DNA from: an uncultured Lachnospiraceae bacterium
GTDB taxonomy: Bacteria > Bacillota > Clostridia > Lachnospirales > Lachnospiraceae
DNA: 60,580 nt
Direction: 5' to 3'
NCBI GenBank assembly: GCA_944375845.1
Contig: CALWAW010000004.1
Coordinates: 1 to 60,580, forward strand
Part shown: piece by piece, positions 30,372-39,553 of the stretch
Layout: each line of letters starts with the position of its first letter
How positions within the stretch are numbered: the stretch's first letter is position 1
The notes under the pieces: model-generated
The model's input: the letters and a program-made list of their open reading frames with translations, nothing else
What the model was told of the DNA's origin: nothing
Databases searched by the model: none
Position numbers and translations under genes: made by a program

Positions 30372-31127
30372 ATGGTAAGAGCCATCATGCACGGCTGCAA
30401 CGGCCACATGGGCCAGGTGATCTCGGGCCTTGCCCAGGCCGACGAGGGGATTGAAATCGTAGCGGGGGTGGATCTGAACGACACGCAGTTAAATTCTTAT
30501 CCGGTGTTCAGGACGCTGGAGGAATGCACCGTTCCCGCCGACGTGATTATTGATTTCTGTTCCGCGAAGGCCATCGACGGCCTTCTGGATTACAGCCTGA
30601 ACCATCAGATTCCCGTGGTGGTGTGCACAACGGGACTTTCCCCGGAGCAGACGGCGCGGGTGAAGGAGATCTCCTCCGGCGTGGCGGTCCTCAAATCGGC
30701 CAATATGTCCCTGGGGATCAATATGCTCCTGAAGCTTCTGAAGGAGGCGGCCCTGACGCTGGCGCCTGCCGGCTTTGACATTGAGATCGTGGAAAAGCAC
30801 CATAATCAGAAGGTGGACGCCCCCAGCGGCACCGCCCTGGCCCTGGCCGACTCCATGAACGAGGCGCTGGATAACCGGTATGTCTACAAGTACGACCGCT
30901 CCCAGGTGCGGGAGAAGCGCTCCAGGGACGAGATCGGCATCAGCGCCGTGCGCGGCGGAAACATCGTCGGGGAGCACGAGGTGATCTTCGCGGGGGTCGA
31001 CGAGGTGATCGAGTTCAAGCACACGGCCTACTCAAAGACCGTGTTCGCCAAGGGCGCCATTGAGGCGGCGAAGTTCCTGGCCGGGAAGCCCGCGGGCTTC
31101 TACGACATGAGCGATGTCATCGGTTGA
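30372..31127 (+). CDS. dapB: 4-hydroxy-tetrahydrodipicolinate reductase
   Basis: GCNGHMG, EKHHNQKVDAPSGTA, RGGNIVGEH. Confidence 0.97.
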   Translation: MVRAIMHGCNGHMGQVISGLAQADEGIEIVAGVDLNDTQLNSYPVFRTLEECTVPADVIIDFCSAKAIDGLLDYSLNHQIPVVVCTTGLSPEQTARVKEISSGVAVLKSANMSLGINMLLKLLKEAALTLAPAGFDIEIVEKHHNQKVDAPSGTALALADSMNEALDNRYVYKYDRSQVREKRSRDEIGISAVRGGNIVGEHEVIFAGVDEVIEFKHTAYSKTVFAKGAIEAAKFLAGKPAGFYDMSDVIG

Positions 31128-31211
31128 TTTTTCTGGAAGAATCTTCCTCATTAAATTCCTTCGGACAGCGCATATTAAAGGATAGAATATGTGTAAAAGG
31201 AGGAAACTGCA

Positions 31212-31511
31212 ATGAGGACAAAAAAGCTGGCCCTGGCGGCCATGCTGATTCTTCTGGCCGTTTTCACGGCGGGAGGCTGCGCCGGGCGGGACGATGAAAA
31301 GGACGTCACCAACGGGGCCGAGACCCACGAATCCGCGAAGGACGAGGACGAGAGCGACAAAAACGACGGGCAGACCGGAGCCTCCGACGACGGCGGCGAG
31401 GACGAAAAGGACGGCGAAGGCGTCCTGGAGGACGCGGAGGATAAGCTGGAGAGCGCTCTGGATCAGGCCGAAACGGACGTGAGCCGGGGCCTTAACGAGG
31501 CGGAAGAATAG
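31212..31511 (+). CDS. Small acidic lipoprotein
   Basis: GGAGG RBS; signal peptide with lipobox AGGC; D/E-rich low-complexity body. Confidence 0.75.
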   Translation: MRTKKLALAAMLILLAVFTAGGCAGRDDEKDVTNGAETHESAKDEDESDKNDGQTGASDDGGEDEKDGEGVLEDAEDKLESALDQAETDVSRGLNEAEE

Positions 31512-31666
31512 AAAAACGAGGAGCGGCGTGTCAGAAAGGCCAGATACGCCGTTCTTTTTGTGTAAAATTGCGGTTGCGTTCTCCATGGCCTTATATTATA
31601 ATTTGCTTGTCAGCGGCTATGGCCGCCGGATGCAACTCCCACATGTTTTTTTGGAAAGGAAAGACT

Positions 31667-33097
31667 ATGTACGACAGATACCAAAGCCCCTTATCGGAGC
31701 GCTATGCCAGCAAAGAAATGCAGTATATCTTCTCCCCGGATAAAAAATTCCGGACCTGGAGGCGGCTGTGGATCGCCCTTGCGGAGGCCGAGCACGAGCT
31801 GGGGCTTCCCATCACGGAAGAGCAGATCGAGGAGCTCAAGGCTCACAAGGACGACATTAACTACGAGGTGGCAAAGCAGAGAGAAAAAGAAGTGCGCCAC
31901 GACGTGATGTCCCATGTGTACGCCTACGGCGTCCAGTGCCCCAAGGCGAAGGGAATCATCCATCTGGGGGCGACCTCCTGCTATGTGGGAGACAATACCG
32001 ATATTATCCTGATGACCGAGGCCCTTAAGCTGGTCCGCAAAAAGCTGGTCAACGTCATCGCCGAGCTTGCGAAGTTCGCCGATCAGTATAAGGCCCAGCC
32101 GACGCTGGCTTTTACCCATTTCCAGCCGGCCCAGCCCACCACCGTGGGAAAGCGGGCCACCCTCTGGCTTCAGGATCTGACGATGGATCTTCAGGATGTG
32201 GAATACGTCTTAAGCACCATAAAGCTTCTGGGCTCCAAGGGCACCACCGGCACCCAGGCCAGCTTCTTAGAGCTCTTTGACGGCGACCATGAGAAGGTCA
32301 AGCTGGTCGATAAAAAGATCGCGGAAAAAATGGGCTTTTCCGGCTGCTATCCCGTTTCGGGCCAGACCTATTCCAGAAAGGTTGACAGCCGCGTGGTGAA
32401 CGTGTTGGCGGGCATCGCCCAGAGCGCCCACAAGTTTTCCAATGACATCCGCCTTCTCCAGCACCTGAAGGAGGTGGAGGAGCCCTTTGAAAAGAGCCAG
32501 ATCGGCTCTTCGGCCATGGCCTACAAGCGCAACCCCATGCGCAGCGAGCGCATGGCCTCCCTGGCCGACTATGTGATGGCCGACGCCATGAACCCGATGC
32601 TTGTGGCCTCCACTCAGTGGTTCGAGCGGACCCTGGATGATTCTGCCAACAAGCGCCTGAGCATCCCCGAGGGCTTCCTGGCCGTGGACGGGATCCTGGA
32701 TCTTTACCTCAACGTGGTGGACGGCCTTGTGGTCTATCCCAAGGTCATCGAAAAGCGCCTGATGTCCGAGCTTCCTTTCATGGCCACGGAGAACATCATG
32801 ATGGACGCCGTCAAGGCGGGCGGAGACCGTCAGGAGCTCCACGAGCGCATCCGGGAGCTTTCCATGGAGGCGGGAAGGAACGTGAAGGTCTACGGAAAAG
32901 AGAACAACCTTCTTGAGCTGATCGCGGCGGATCCGGCCTTCAACATGAGCCTGGAGGAGCTGAAAAAGACCATGGACCCCTCCCGCTACGTGGGCCGCTC
33001 CAAGGAGCAGGTGGAGGAATTCCTCCGTGAGGCGGTGCAGCCGATCCTTGAGGAAAACAAAGAGCTTCTCGGCGTGAAGGCAGAGATCAACGTTTAA
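31667..33097 (+). CDS. purB: Adenylosuccinate lyase
   Basis: [30 protein letters not shown]. Confidence 0.97.
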   Translation: MYDRYQSPLSERYASKEMQYIFSPDKKFRTWRRLWIALAEAEHELGLPITEEQIEELKAHKDDINYEVAKQREKEVRHDVMSHVYAYGVQCPKAKGIIHLGATSCYVGDNTDIILMTEALKLVRKKLVNVIAELAKFADQYKAQPTLAFTHFQPAQPTTVGKRATLWLQDLTMDLQDVEYVLSTIKLLGSKGTTGTQASFLELFDGDHEKVKLVDKKIAEKMGFSGCYPVSGQTYSRKVDSRVVNVLAGIAQSAHKFSNDIRLLQHLKEVEEPFEKSQIGSSAMAYKRNPMRSERMASLADYVMADAMNPMLVASTQWFERTLDDSANKRLSIPEGFLAVDGILDLYLNVVDGLVVYPKVIEKRLMSELPFMATENIMMDAVKAGGDRQELHERIRELSMEAGRNVKVYGKENNLLELIAADPAFNMSLEELKKTMDPSRYVGRSKEQVEEFLREAVQPILEENKELLGVKAEINV

Positions 33098-33112
33098 TAG
33101 GAGGATAAAAGC

Positions 33113-34399
33113 ATGGTAAGAGCGATAGTAGGAGCCAACTGGGGTGACGAGGGCAAGGGCAAGATCACCGATATGCTGGCTGAAAAATCAGATATCATCA
33201 TCCGCTTCCAGGGAGGAAGCAACGCGGGCCATACGATCATCAACGATTACGGAAAGTTCGCCCTCCATCTTCTGCCCTCCGGCGTTTTTTATGACCATAC
33301 CACCAGTATCATCGGAAACGGAGTGGCTTTGAACATCCCCTATCTGGTAAAGGAGATCCAGGATCTTGTTTCCAAGGGAGTGCCGGAGCCGAAGATCCTG
33401 GTTTCCGACAGGGCTCAGATCCTGATGCCCTATCATATCCTGTTCGACACCTGCGAGGAGGCAAGGCTTGCGGGGAAATCCTTCGGCTCCACCAAGTCCG
33501 GGATCGCCCCCTTCTATTCTGATAAATACGCGAAGATCGGCTTTCAGGTCAGCGAGCTCTTCGGCGACGCCGATGAGCTGATGGACAAGGTGAAGAACGT
33601 CTGCACCCTGAAGAACGTGATGCTGGAAAATCTCTATCATCAGCCGCCTCTTGTTCCCGAGGAGGTTTTCGCCACCCTTCAGGAGTATAAAGAGATGGTG
33701 GCGCCCTATGTGTGCGACGTGTCCGCCTACCTCCACCAGGCCATTCAGGAAGGAAAGAATATTCTGCTGGAGGGGCAGCTGGGCTCCCTCAAGGACCCGG
33801 ACCACGGGATCTATCCCATGGTGACCTCCTCCTCCACGCTGGCGGCCTACGGCGCCATCGGCGCGGGGATCCCGCCCTATGAGATCAAAAACATCACCAC
33901 CGTGGTCAAGGCCTATTCCAGCGCCGTGGGCGCGGGTGCCTTCGTCAGCGAGCTTTTCGGCGACGAGGCGGTGGAGCTTCGCAACCGGGGCGGCGACGGC
34001 GGAGAGTACGGCGCCACTACGGGACGGCCCAGAAGGGTGGGCTGGTTCGATGCGGTGGCCACCCGCTACGGCTGCCGTATCCAGGGGACAACGGAGGTGG
34101 CCCTGACCGTTCTGGACGTGCTGGGCTATCTGGACGAGATCTCCATCTGCGTCGGCTACGAGGTGGACGGAAAGGTTCTCACCGATTTCCCCGTGACCTC
34201 GGTGCTGGAGCGCTGCAAGCCTGTTTATAAGAAGCTTCCCGGCTGGAAATGCGACATCCGCGGAATCCAAAAATACGAGGATCTGCCGGAGAACTGCAAG
34301 AATTATATCTGCGAGATCGAAAAAGAGATCGGCGTTCCCATTACCATGGTCTCCAACGGCCCCAAGCGCCACGAGATCATTGAAAGGAAGCCTCAATGA
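33113..34399 (+). CDS. purA: Adenylosuccinate synthetase
   Basis: WGDEGKGK, GGSNAGHT, GATTGRPRRVGW. Confidence 0.98.
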   Translation: MVRAIVGANWGDEGKGKITDMLAEKSDIIIRFQGGSNAGHTIINDYGKFALHLLPSGVFYDHTTSIIGNGVALNIPYLVKEIQDLVSKGVPEPKILVSDRAQILMPYHILFDTCEEARLAGKSFGSTKSGIAPFYSDKYAKIGFQVSELFGDADELMDKVKNVCTLKNVMLENLYHQPPLVPEEVFATLQEYKEMVAPYVCDVSAYLHQAIQEGKNILLEGQLGSLKDPDHGIYPMVTSSSTLAAYGAIGAGIPPYEIKNITTVVKAYSSAVGAGAFVSELFGDEAVELRNRGGDGGEYGATTGRPRRVGWFDAVATRYGCRIQGTTEVALTVLDVLGYLDEISICVGYEVDGKVLTDFPVTSVLERCKPVYKKLPGWKCDIRGIQKYEDLPENCKNYICEIEKEIGVPITMVSNGPKRHEIIERKPQ

Positions 34400-35001
34400 T
34401 CCGCACGCTGATTTTCGATATCGGCAATGTGCTGGCTGATTTTGACTGGAAGGGGTATCTGGCGGGATGGAAGCTCCCGGAGGAGGAAAGGCGCGTTGTG
34501 GAGCGGGAGCTTTTCTTAAGCCCCCTCTGGAAGGAGATCGACAGAGGCGTCCTCTCTGACGAGGAGATCCTTAGGCGCGTCTGCGCCGCCGCGCCTGAGC
34601 TTTCGGAAACGTTCCGGAAGATTTACCGGGGCGCCGCCGCGGCCGTTTCCCAGTACGATTACGCCCCCGGCCTTTTAAAGGCCCTCAGGGAAAAGGGCTT
34701 TCCCATCTACATCCTTTCCAATTACGGAAAGACCTTTTACGAGGACAGGCTGTCGCAGTTTGATTTTCTGGCCTACACGGACGGCCAGGTGATCTCCTAC
34801 GAGGTGCGGCATATCAAGCCGGAGCCGGAGATCTACAAGATCCTGCTGTCGCGGTTTTCCATCGACCCGAAGGAGGCGCTTTTCTTCGACGACTTGCCCG
34901 CCAACGTCGAGGCGGCGAGGGCCTTCGGCATCCATGCGGTGCAGGTGAAGGGATATGCCTCCATTGTGCGGGGCTTAAAAGAATATGGGATTGAGATTTA
35001 G
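34396..35001 (+). CDS. HAD-family phosphatase
   Basis: FDIGNVL, LSN, KPEPEIY, FFDD. Confidence 0.9.
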   Translation: MIRTLIFDIGNVLADFDWKGYLAGWKLPEEERRVVERELFLSPLWKEIDRGVLSDEEILRRVCAAAPELSETFRKIYRGAAAAVSQYDYAPGLLKALREKGFPIYILSNYGKTFYEDRLSQFDFLAYTDGQVISYEVRHIKPEPEIYKILLSRFSIDPKEALFFDDLPANVEAARAFGIHAVQVKGYASIVRGLKEYGIEI

Positions 35002-35232
35002 GGAAAGTGCTGTCGTACCAATGATTAGAAAATCACAGGTGCGGCAGCATCTTTTTGCCTGTTTTGGGGCAAAAGCTTAAAATGATCAGATTCAGGGCGT
35101 GCCTGAGAAGGTCAAGAATATCTTGAATACAATATCGGCTTATGATACAGTAATAACAGGGATTTTGGGCATAAAATAAATGGATGAGAGAATGGAAATC
35201 CTTCCGGAAGACCGTTGAAAGGGCAGGATGAT

Positions 35233-35961
35233 ATGGATATAGAAAAGTACATAGACAATGATCTTTTGAATCGGTTTGAGTTTTACAATTATGGTCATGC
35301 TTTGGAGATCCTTCACGATGCTTTCCCGGCAGAATGGAACGAATTGCAGGAATGCTTAAGAAAGCTGAGACTTACTTTGGCAGATATAAAAAAAGCAGGC
35401 GGGAATGAATCGCCGATACCCAAGAAATTTGATGACGTGTTATATCCCTATGGATGGAGGGAAATCAGGATCAGCGGCGATCTGATTGTTAAAAAATATC
35501 CCCGGCAGACAGCGCAGCGGAGAGGACGTTTTGCGGATGAGCCGTATGAGGTTGAGACAATCGAAGGATATATTGATGGTCATAATATTGATTTCCTGAA
35601 AAACAGAGTCGCCTTTGACCTGGAATGGAACAGCAAGGATCAGACCTTTGACCGCGATCTGCTTGCCATGAGAACATATTTTGATTGCGGCCTGATCGAT
35701 GTGGGAGTGATCGTGACAAGAGCGGAGGCGCTCAATGACATTTTTAAGCTGGAAAAGGACAGCAATGGCCAGCCGTTGATCAGGAAATACGGCGCAAGTA
35801 CTACTTGGATGGGGAAACTGATTTATAGACTTGATTCAAGACGCAATGGCGGATGTCCGATTTTAGCAATAGGAATTGGAAAGGAATGTGTGGAAGGATA
35901 TGGGAGACTTAACGAGTACTATACAAAACTTGCAGAGCTTCACGAAGGGGAAGAAATATAA
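35233..35961 (+). CDS. BglII/BstYI-family type II restriction endonuclease
   Basis: GGNES, HNIDFLKNRVAFDLEWNSKD.FDRDL, KYGASTTW, GGCPIL; AT-rich. Confidence 0.8.
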   Translation: MDIEKYIDNDLLNRFEFYNYGHALEILHDAFPAEWNELQECLRKLRLTLADIKKAGGNESPIPKKFDDVLYPYGWREIRISGDLIVKKYPRQTAQRRGRFADEPYEVETIEGYIDGHNIDFLKNRVAFDLEWNSKDQTFDRDLLAMRTYFDCGLIDVGVIVTRAEALNDIFKLEKDSNGQPLIRKYGASTTWMGKLIYRLDSRRNGGCPILAIGIGKECVEGYGRLNEYYTKLAELHEGEEI

Positions 35962-36544
35962 TACCATTTATGCGGATCCGCCGTGGCAGTTTCAAAACAG
36001 AACAGGAAAAGTTGCTCCGGAGCATAAACGCCTGACCCGTTATGAAACCATGACGATGACAGATATTAAAGCGCTGCCTGTTTCGGATATTGCAGGAGAA
36101 AAGGCGCATTTGTATTTATGGGTGCCCAATGCGCTGCTTCCGGATGGCTTGGCGGTAATGGACGCATGGGGATTTGAATATAAGGGCAATATTGTGTGGG
36201 AAAAAGTAAGAAAAGACGGCGGGCCGGATGGCCGTGGCGTCGGGTTTTACTTTAGAAACGTTACGGAACTGATTCTGTTTGGCATTAAGAAAAAAAGCGC
36301 GCCGAACAGAACCTTGCAGCCGGCCCGCTCACAGGTGAATCTTATCCGGGCAATGAAGCGGGAGCACAGCCGTAAACCAGATGAAATTATCCCCATTATT
36401 GAGGCTTGCAGTCAGGGGCCCAGAATTGAATTGTTTGCAAGAGGGGTCAGAGAAGGCTGGGATATGTGGGGAAATCAGGCTACAGAAGATTATGAGCCAA
36501 CCTGGGATACCTATGCGAATCATACGGTTGCTCATGCAAAATAG
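35900..36544 (+). CDS. MT-A70 family DNA amino-methyltransferase
   Basis: ADPPW, LYLWVPN, GVGFYFRNVTE, REHSRKP, IELFAR. Confidence 0.92.
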   Translation: MGDLTSTIQNLQSFTKGKKYNTIYADPPWQFQNRTGKVAPEHKRLTRYETMTMTDIKALPVSDIAGEKAHLYLWVPNALLPDGLAVMDAWGFEYKGNIVWEKVRKDGGPDGRGVGFYFRNVTELILFGIKKKSAPNRTLQPARSQVNLIRAMKREHSRKPDEIIPIIEACSQGPRIELFARGVREGWDMWGNQATEDYEPTWDTYANHTVAHAK

Positions 36545-36566
36545 ATTGAGCCATAGTGAATACACC

Positions 36567-36598
36567 AAGAGCCAGGTCCTGTACAGACCTGGCTCTTA
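36567..36598. terminator. Bidirectional terminator between convergent genes
   Basis: AAGAGCCAGGTC/GACCTGGCTCTT stem. Confidence 0.7.
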
Positions 36599-36630
36599 TT
36601 CTCTGCAAAAAGTGCTGCCGCATAATGATT

Positions 36631-37629
36631 TTATTCTGCCGCTTCCCACGCGGCCTCGTTATCGAAGAATTCCACATTGATTTCAAAGCGGCGGGTCTCG
36701 CCGGGTTTGATGAACTGGAGGGCGCCGTTCTTTCTGAGCTCGGCGCGGCCCTCAAGCTTGCTGATGCAGGGCTCCAGTCCCAGGACGTAATCCCGCTCGC
36801 CCATCATCTTCCACTCGGTCATGTAGGGGATCTGGGAGGCGTCCCAGCGGATGGCAAGGCCTACGCCCGCGTCGGGATTGTAAAGCTTGGCGCAGGGGCG
36901 TTTCTCCTTAAACTCGTGGTAATAGCACTGCTCCTGGAAATTGGGAACGGGGGCAAGCATTTTGTCCCAGGTGTCCAGATCCTTCGCGGCCCAGTCGTCC
37001 CTGGGCGTCACGGTGCTGGAGGATACGGCCAGCCTTGACTTTTCGCTGAGGAGGGGATAACCCATATTCATGTGGTATAAGAGCATGAAGGGCTCGTCGG
37101 AGGAGCCTTCATTGGTCACCGTATCGGATATGGTGAGGACATTGCTTCCGTGCTCGCAGGAGATCACCCGGTTTAAAACAAGCTTCTGCTTGAAGATCTC
37201 GGCGTCGGTGACTCTGGCGTGAATCTGGATTTTTCCGCTTTCCTCGGTGTAATAGATCCGGTCCGCGGGGATGTTGGAGATGGTGCCGTGGAGCGGGCAG
37301 GGGGTGTCGCCGTCCACGCTGGGAGTGCCGATGGCCTGAAGGCCGCAGGTGGTCAGAAAGCCGCAGGTGAAGGATTTTAAAAATCCGAACTCCGGCTGGT
37401 CGTAGTAAGCGGGGGCCACATACCCGGCGGATCCCATGTAGCTTAAGTTGACGCTCTTATAGGAAATGCGGGAGATGTCGGCGGCTCTGTCCGCGGAGAC
37501 CGTAAATTCCAGGCCGCTGCCGTTGCGCACCTCAAAAAGGCGCATACCGTCGCCCTTGCCGCCCACCAGACGATGCTCCTCCACGCCGAAGAGCTGGGTG
37601 TCGTGTCCGTAATAGCTTCTGTTTACCAT
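36631..37629 (-). CDS. Aldose 1-epimerase-like protein (DUF4432 type)
   Basis: GFLTTCGL, PLHG, LYHMNMGYPL, YVLGLEP. Confidence 0.85.
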   Translation of the reverse strand: MVNRSYYGHDTQLFGVEEHRLVGGKGDGMRLFEVRNGSGLEFTVSADRAADISRISYKSVNLSYMGSAGYVAPAYYDQPEFGFLKSFTCGFLTTCGLQAIGTPSVDGDTPCPLHGTISNIPADRIYYTEESGKIQIHARVTDAEIFKQKLVLNRVISCEHGSNVLTISDTVTNEGSSDEPFMLLYHMNMGYPLLSEKSRLAVSSSTVTPRDDWAAKDLDTWDKMLAPVPNFQEQCYYHEFKEKRPCAKLYNPDAGVGLAIRWDASQIPYMTEWKMMGERDYVLGLEPCISKLEGRAELRKNGALQFIKPGETRRFEINVEFFDNEAAWEAAE

Positions 37630-37707
37630 GATAGGAAACCCCTCCTTATTCATTTTCTTTCATTATAATCCCGGCGGCGGAGGAGGTCAACTAAAGCTTC
37701 CCGTCAG

Positions 37708-38558
37708 TTACAGAAGCCCTGCAAGACGGACCGCCCCCGTAAACAGCGCGCAGCAGACGAAGCCGAAGGCGGCGGGCAGCAGGATGGCCGCCCCGGTCCA
37801 CTTGAGGCTTCCCGTCTCCCGGCGGATGGTCAGGCAGGTGGTGGCGCAGGGCCAGTGCATCAGGGAAAACAGGATCATGGAGCAGGCGGTGGCCCAGGTC
37901 CAGCCGTGGGATACAAGGAGGGCGCGCAGGCTTTCCAGGCTTCCCGTTTCCACAAGGGCTCCCGAGGCCAGATACCCCATCATAACAATGGGAAGGACGA
38001 TCTCGTTGGCGGGAAAGCCCAGGATAAAGGCGAGAAGGATCACCCCGTCCAGGCCCATGAGAAGGCCCGCGGGCTCCAGGAAGGAGGCGGCGTGCTGAAA
38101 CAGGGAGACGCCTCCGGCCTTTACATTGGCGGCCAGCCAGATGAGAAGCCCCGCGGGGACCGCCACAGTCACGGCCCGGCCCAGCACAAAGATCGTGCGG
38201 TCCAGGACAGAGCGAAGCAGCACCTTTCTGATCTGGGGCTTCCTGTAGGGCGGAAGCTCCAGGATAAAGGAGGAGGGCTTTCCCCGGAGGACGGTCGCTG
38301 ACAGAAGCTTTGAGGCGGCGAAGGTGGCCAGCACAGAGAAGGCGATGACGCCGGTCAGCGCCAGGGCGCCCTTAAGGCTTCCCAGAAGTCCTCCTTTTGT
38401 GCCGGTGAAGAACATGGAGATCATGGCCATCAGGGTGGGAAACCGGCCGTTGCAGGGCACGAAGGAGTTGGTCAGAACCGCCATGAGCCGTTCTCTGGGG
38501 GAGCGGATGATGCGGCATCCGGTGACTCCGGCGGCGTTGCAGCCCAGCCCCATGCACA
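37708..38558 (-). CDS. feoB: FeoB, 3' segment (membrane/gate domains) of a gene interrupted by the 14.5-kb element
   Basis: MGLGCNAAGVTGCRII, VPCNGRFP, FILELPPYRKP, LGFPANE, HWPCATT; no GTPase domain; in frame with the 5' segment after excision. Confidence 0.93.
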
Positions 38559-39488
38559 TGGAGAGGGCCGGGAGCTTATGCTTCGGCATCTTCTGCTGTC
38601 CAGAAGGGCGGCCGCCGCGAAAAAGGTGTCCGGATCGGTGAGAGCCTCGTGGGTGTTTTTTACCAGGATCCAGGATTCCCGGGGGTTTGCGATGGTGACG
38701 CCCGACCGGAAGGAGAGCTTCCGGGAGCGGCCCTGGGCCATGTGTCCCAGATAGACCGGGTTTCGCAGAACCTTGATTACCGTGCGGGCGGACCAGGGAC
38801 AGGGGGCGGAGGGCCTTTTCCTGGCGGAGGGGGAGGGGATCTTTTTTTTTTTTTTTTGGGCGGCGATGGAGGAGGGGGTGAGGCCTCCGGCGGCCAGACG
38901 GAAGATCCGGGAGGCGAAGGGAGCGGTTTCCGGATCCGGAATCAGGCGGTGCCTGTCGGCGGGATCCTTTATGTAGCCGTAGGGGGCCAGGCTTCCCACG
39001 TAGCTTCCCTCCTGCATCCGCACCAGAAAGGCGGAGCGGATCTTGCGGCTTAAGTCCCGGGCGTACATTTCGTTGACCACGTTGCGGAAGGGGGCCATGT
39101 CGGAGCCGGGCGCCTCGGAGTCGAAGCCGTCGTTGACGGCGATGAGCCGCACCCGCCGCGAGGGGAAATAGATCTCCGTATACTGGCCGGTGGCGATATA
39201 ATCGCGGCCAAGCCGGGAAAGATCCTTTACCAGGATCAGATTGATCTTTTTTGCCTCAATATCCGCCAGAAGCCTCCGGAAGGCGGGGCGGTTGAAGGTG
39301 GTGCCGGAAAAGCCGTCGTCGGCGTACTCGCCGCACACAGGAAAGCCTTTTAAGGCGGCGTAGGAGCGTAAAAGCTTTCTCTGATTGGTGATGCTGGAGC
39401 TTTCCCGCACTTCGCCGTCGTCCTTGGACAGGCGCATATAAAGGGCGGCGCGGACCGGCGGGGACTGGAAATTTTTTCCAATAGTCAT
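38472..39488 (-). CDS. Site-specific serine recombinase (catalytic and recombinase domains; short C-terminus)
   Basis: YMRLSKDD (catalytic Ser), DDGFSGT, KDLSRLGR, NEMYARDLSRKIRS, APYGY, LRNPVYLG, THEAL; AAGGAGG RBS. Confidence 0.93.
   Translation of the reverse strand: MTIGKNFQSPPVRAALYMRLSKDDGEVRESSSITNQRKLLRSYAALKGFPVCGEYADDGFSGTTFNRPAFRRLLADIEAKKINLILVKDLSRLGRDYIATGQYTEIYFPSRRVRLIAVNDGFDSEAPGSDMAPFRNVVNEMYARDLSRKIRSAFLVRMQEGSYVGSLAPYGYIKDPADRHRLIPDPETAPFASRIFRLAAGGLTPSSIAAQKKKKKIPSPSARKRPSAPCPWSARTVIKVLRNPVYLGHMAQGRSRKLSFRSGVTIANPRESWILVKNTHEALTDPDTFFAAAALLDSRRCRSISSRPSPCAWGWAATPPESPDAASSAPPENGSWRF
38547..38568. other. Hybrid attachment site at the feoB 3'-half junction
   Basis: GCCCCATGCA[CA]TGGAGAGGGC; central CA at 38557-38558. 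Confidence 0.85.
38842..38857. repeat. T16 homopolymer (A16 on the coding strand) inside the recombinase
   Basis: 16 consecutive T, encoding QKKKKK. Confidence 0.9.
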
Positions 39489-39513
39489 AAAGTGCCTCCT
39501 TGATTAAAATCAT

Positions 39514-39545
39514 ATATTGCCAATATGCACAAAAAAAGGTATACT
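39514..39545 (+). promoter_or_regulatory. Sigma-A-type promoter of the NRPS operon with a palindrome over the -35
   Basis: TTGCCA(39517)-17 bp-TATACT(39540); ATATTG-C-CAATAT at 39514-39526. Confidence 0.65.
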
Positions 39546-39553
39546 TTTAGGAG

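Noticed and set aside
31148-31178. Sigma-G-like promoter (TCATT-18-CATATTA) before the acidic lipoprotein
   Set aside because: The -35 match is too weak to call without expression data
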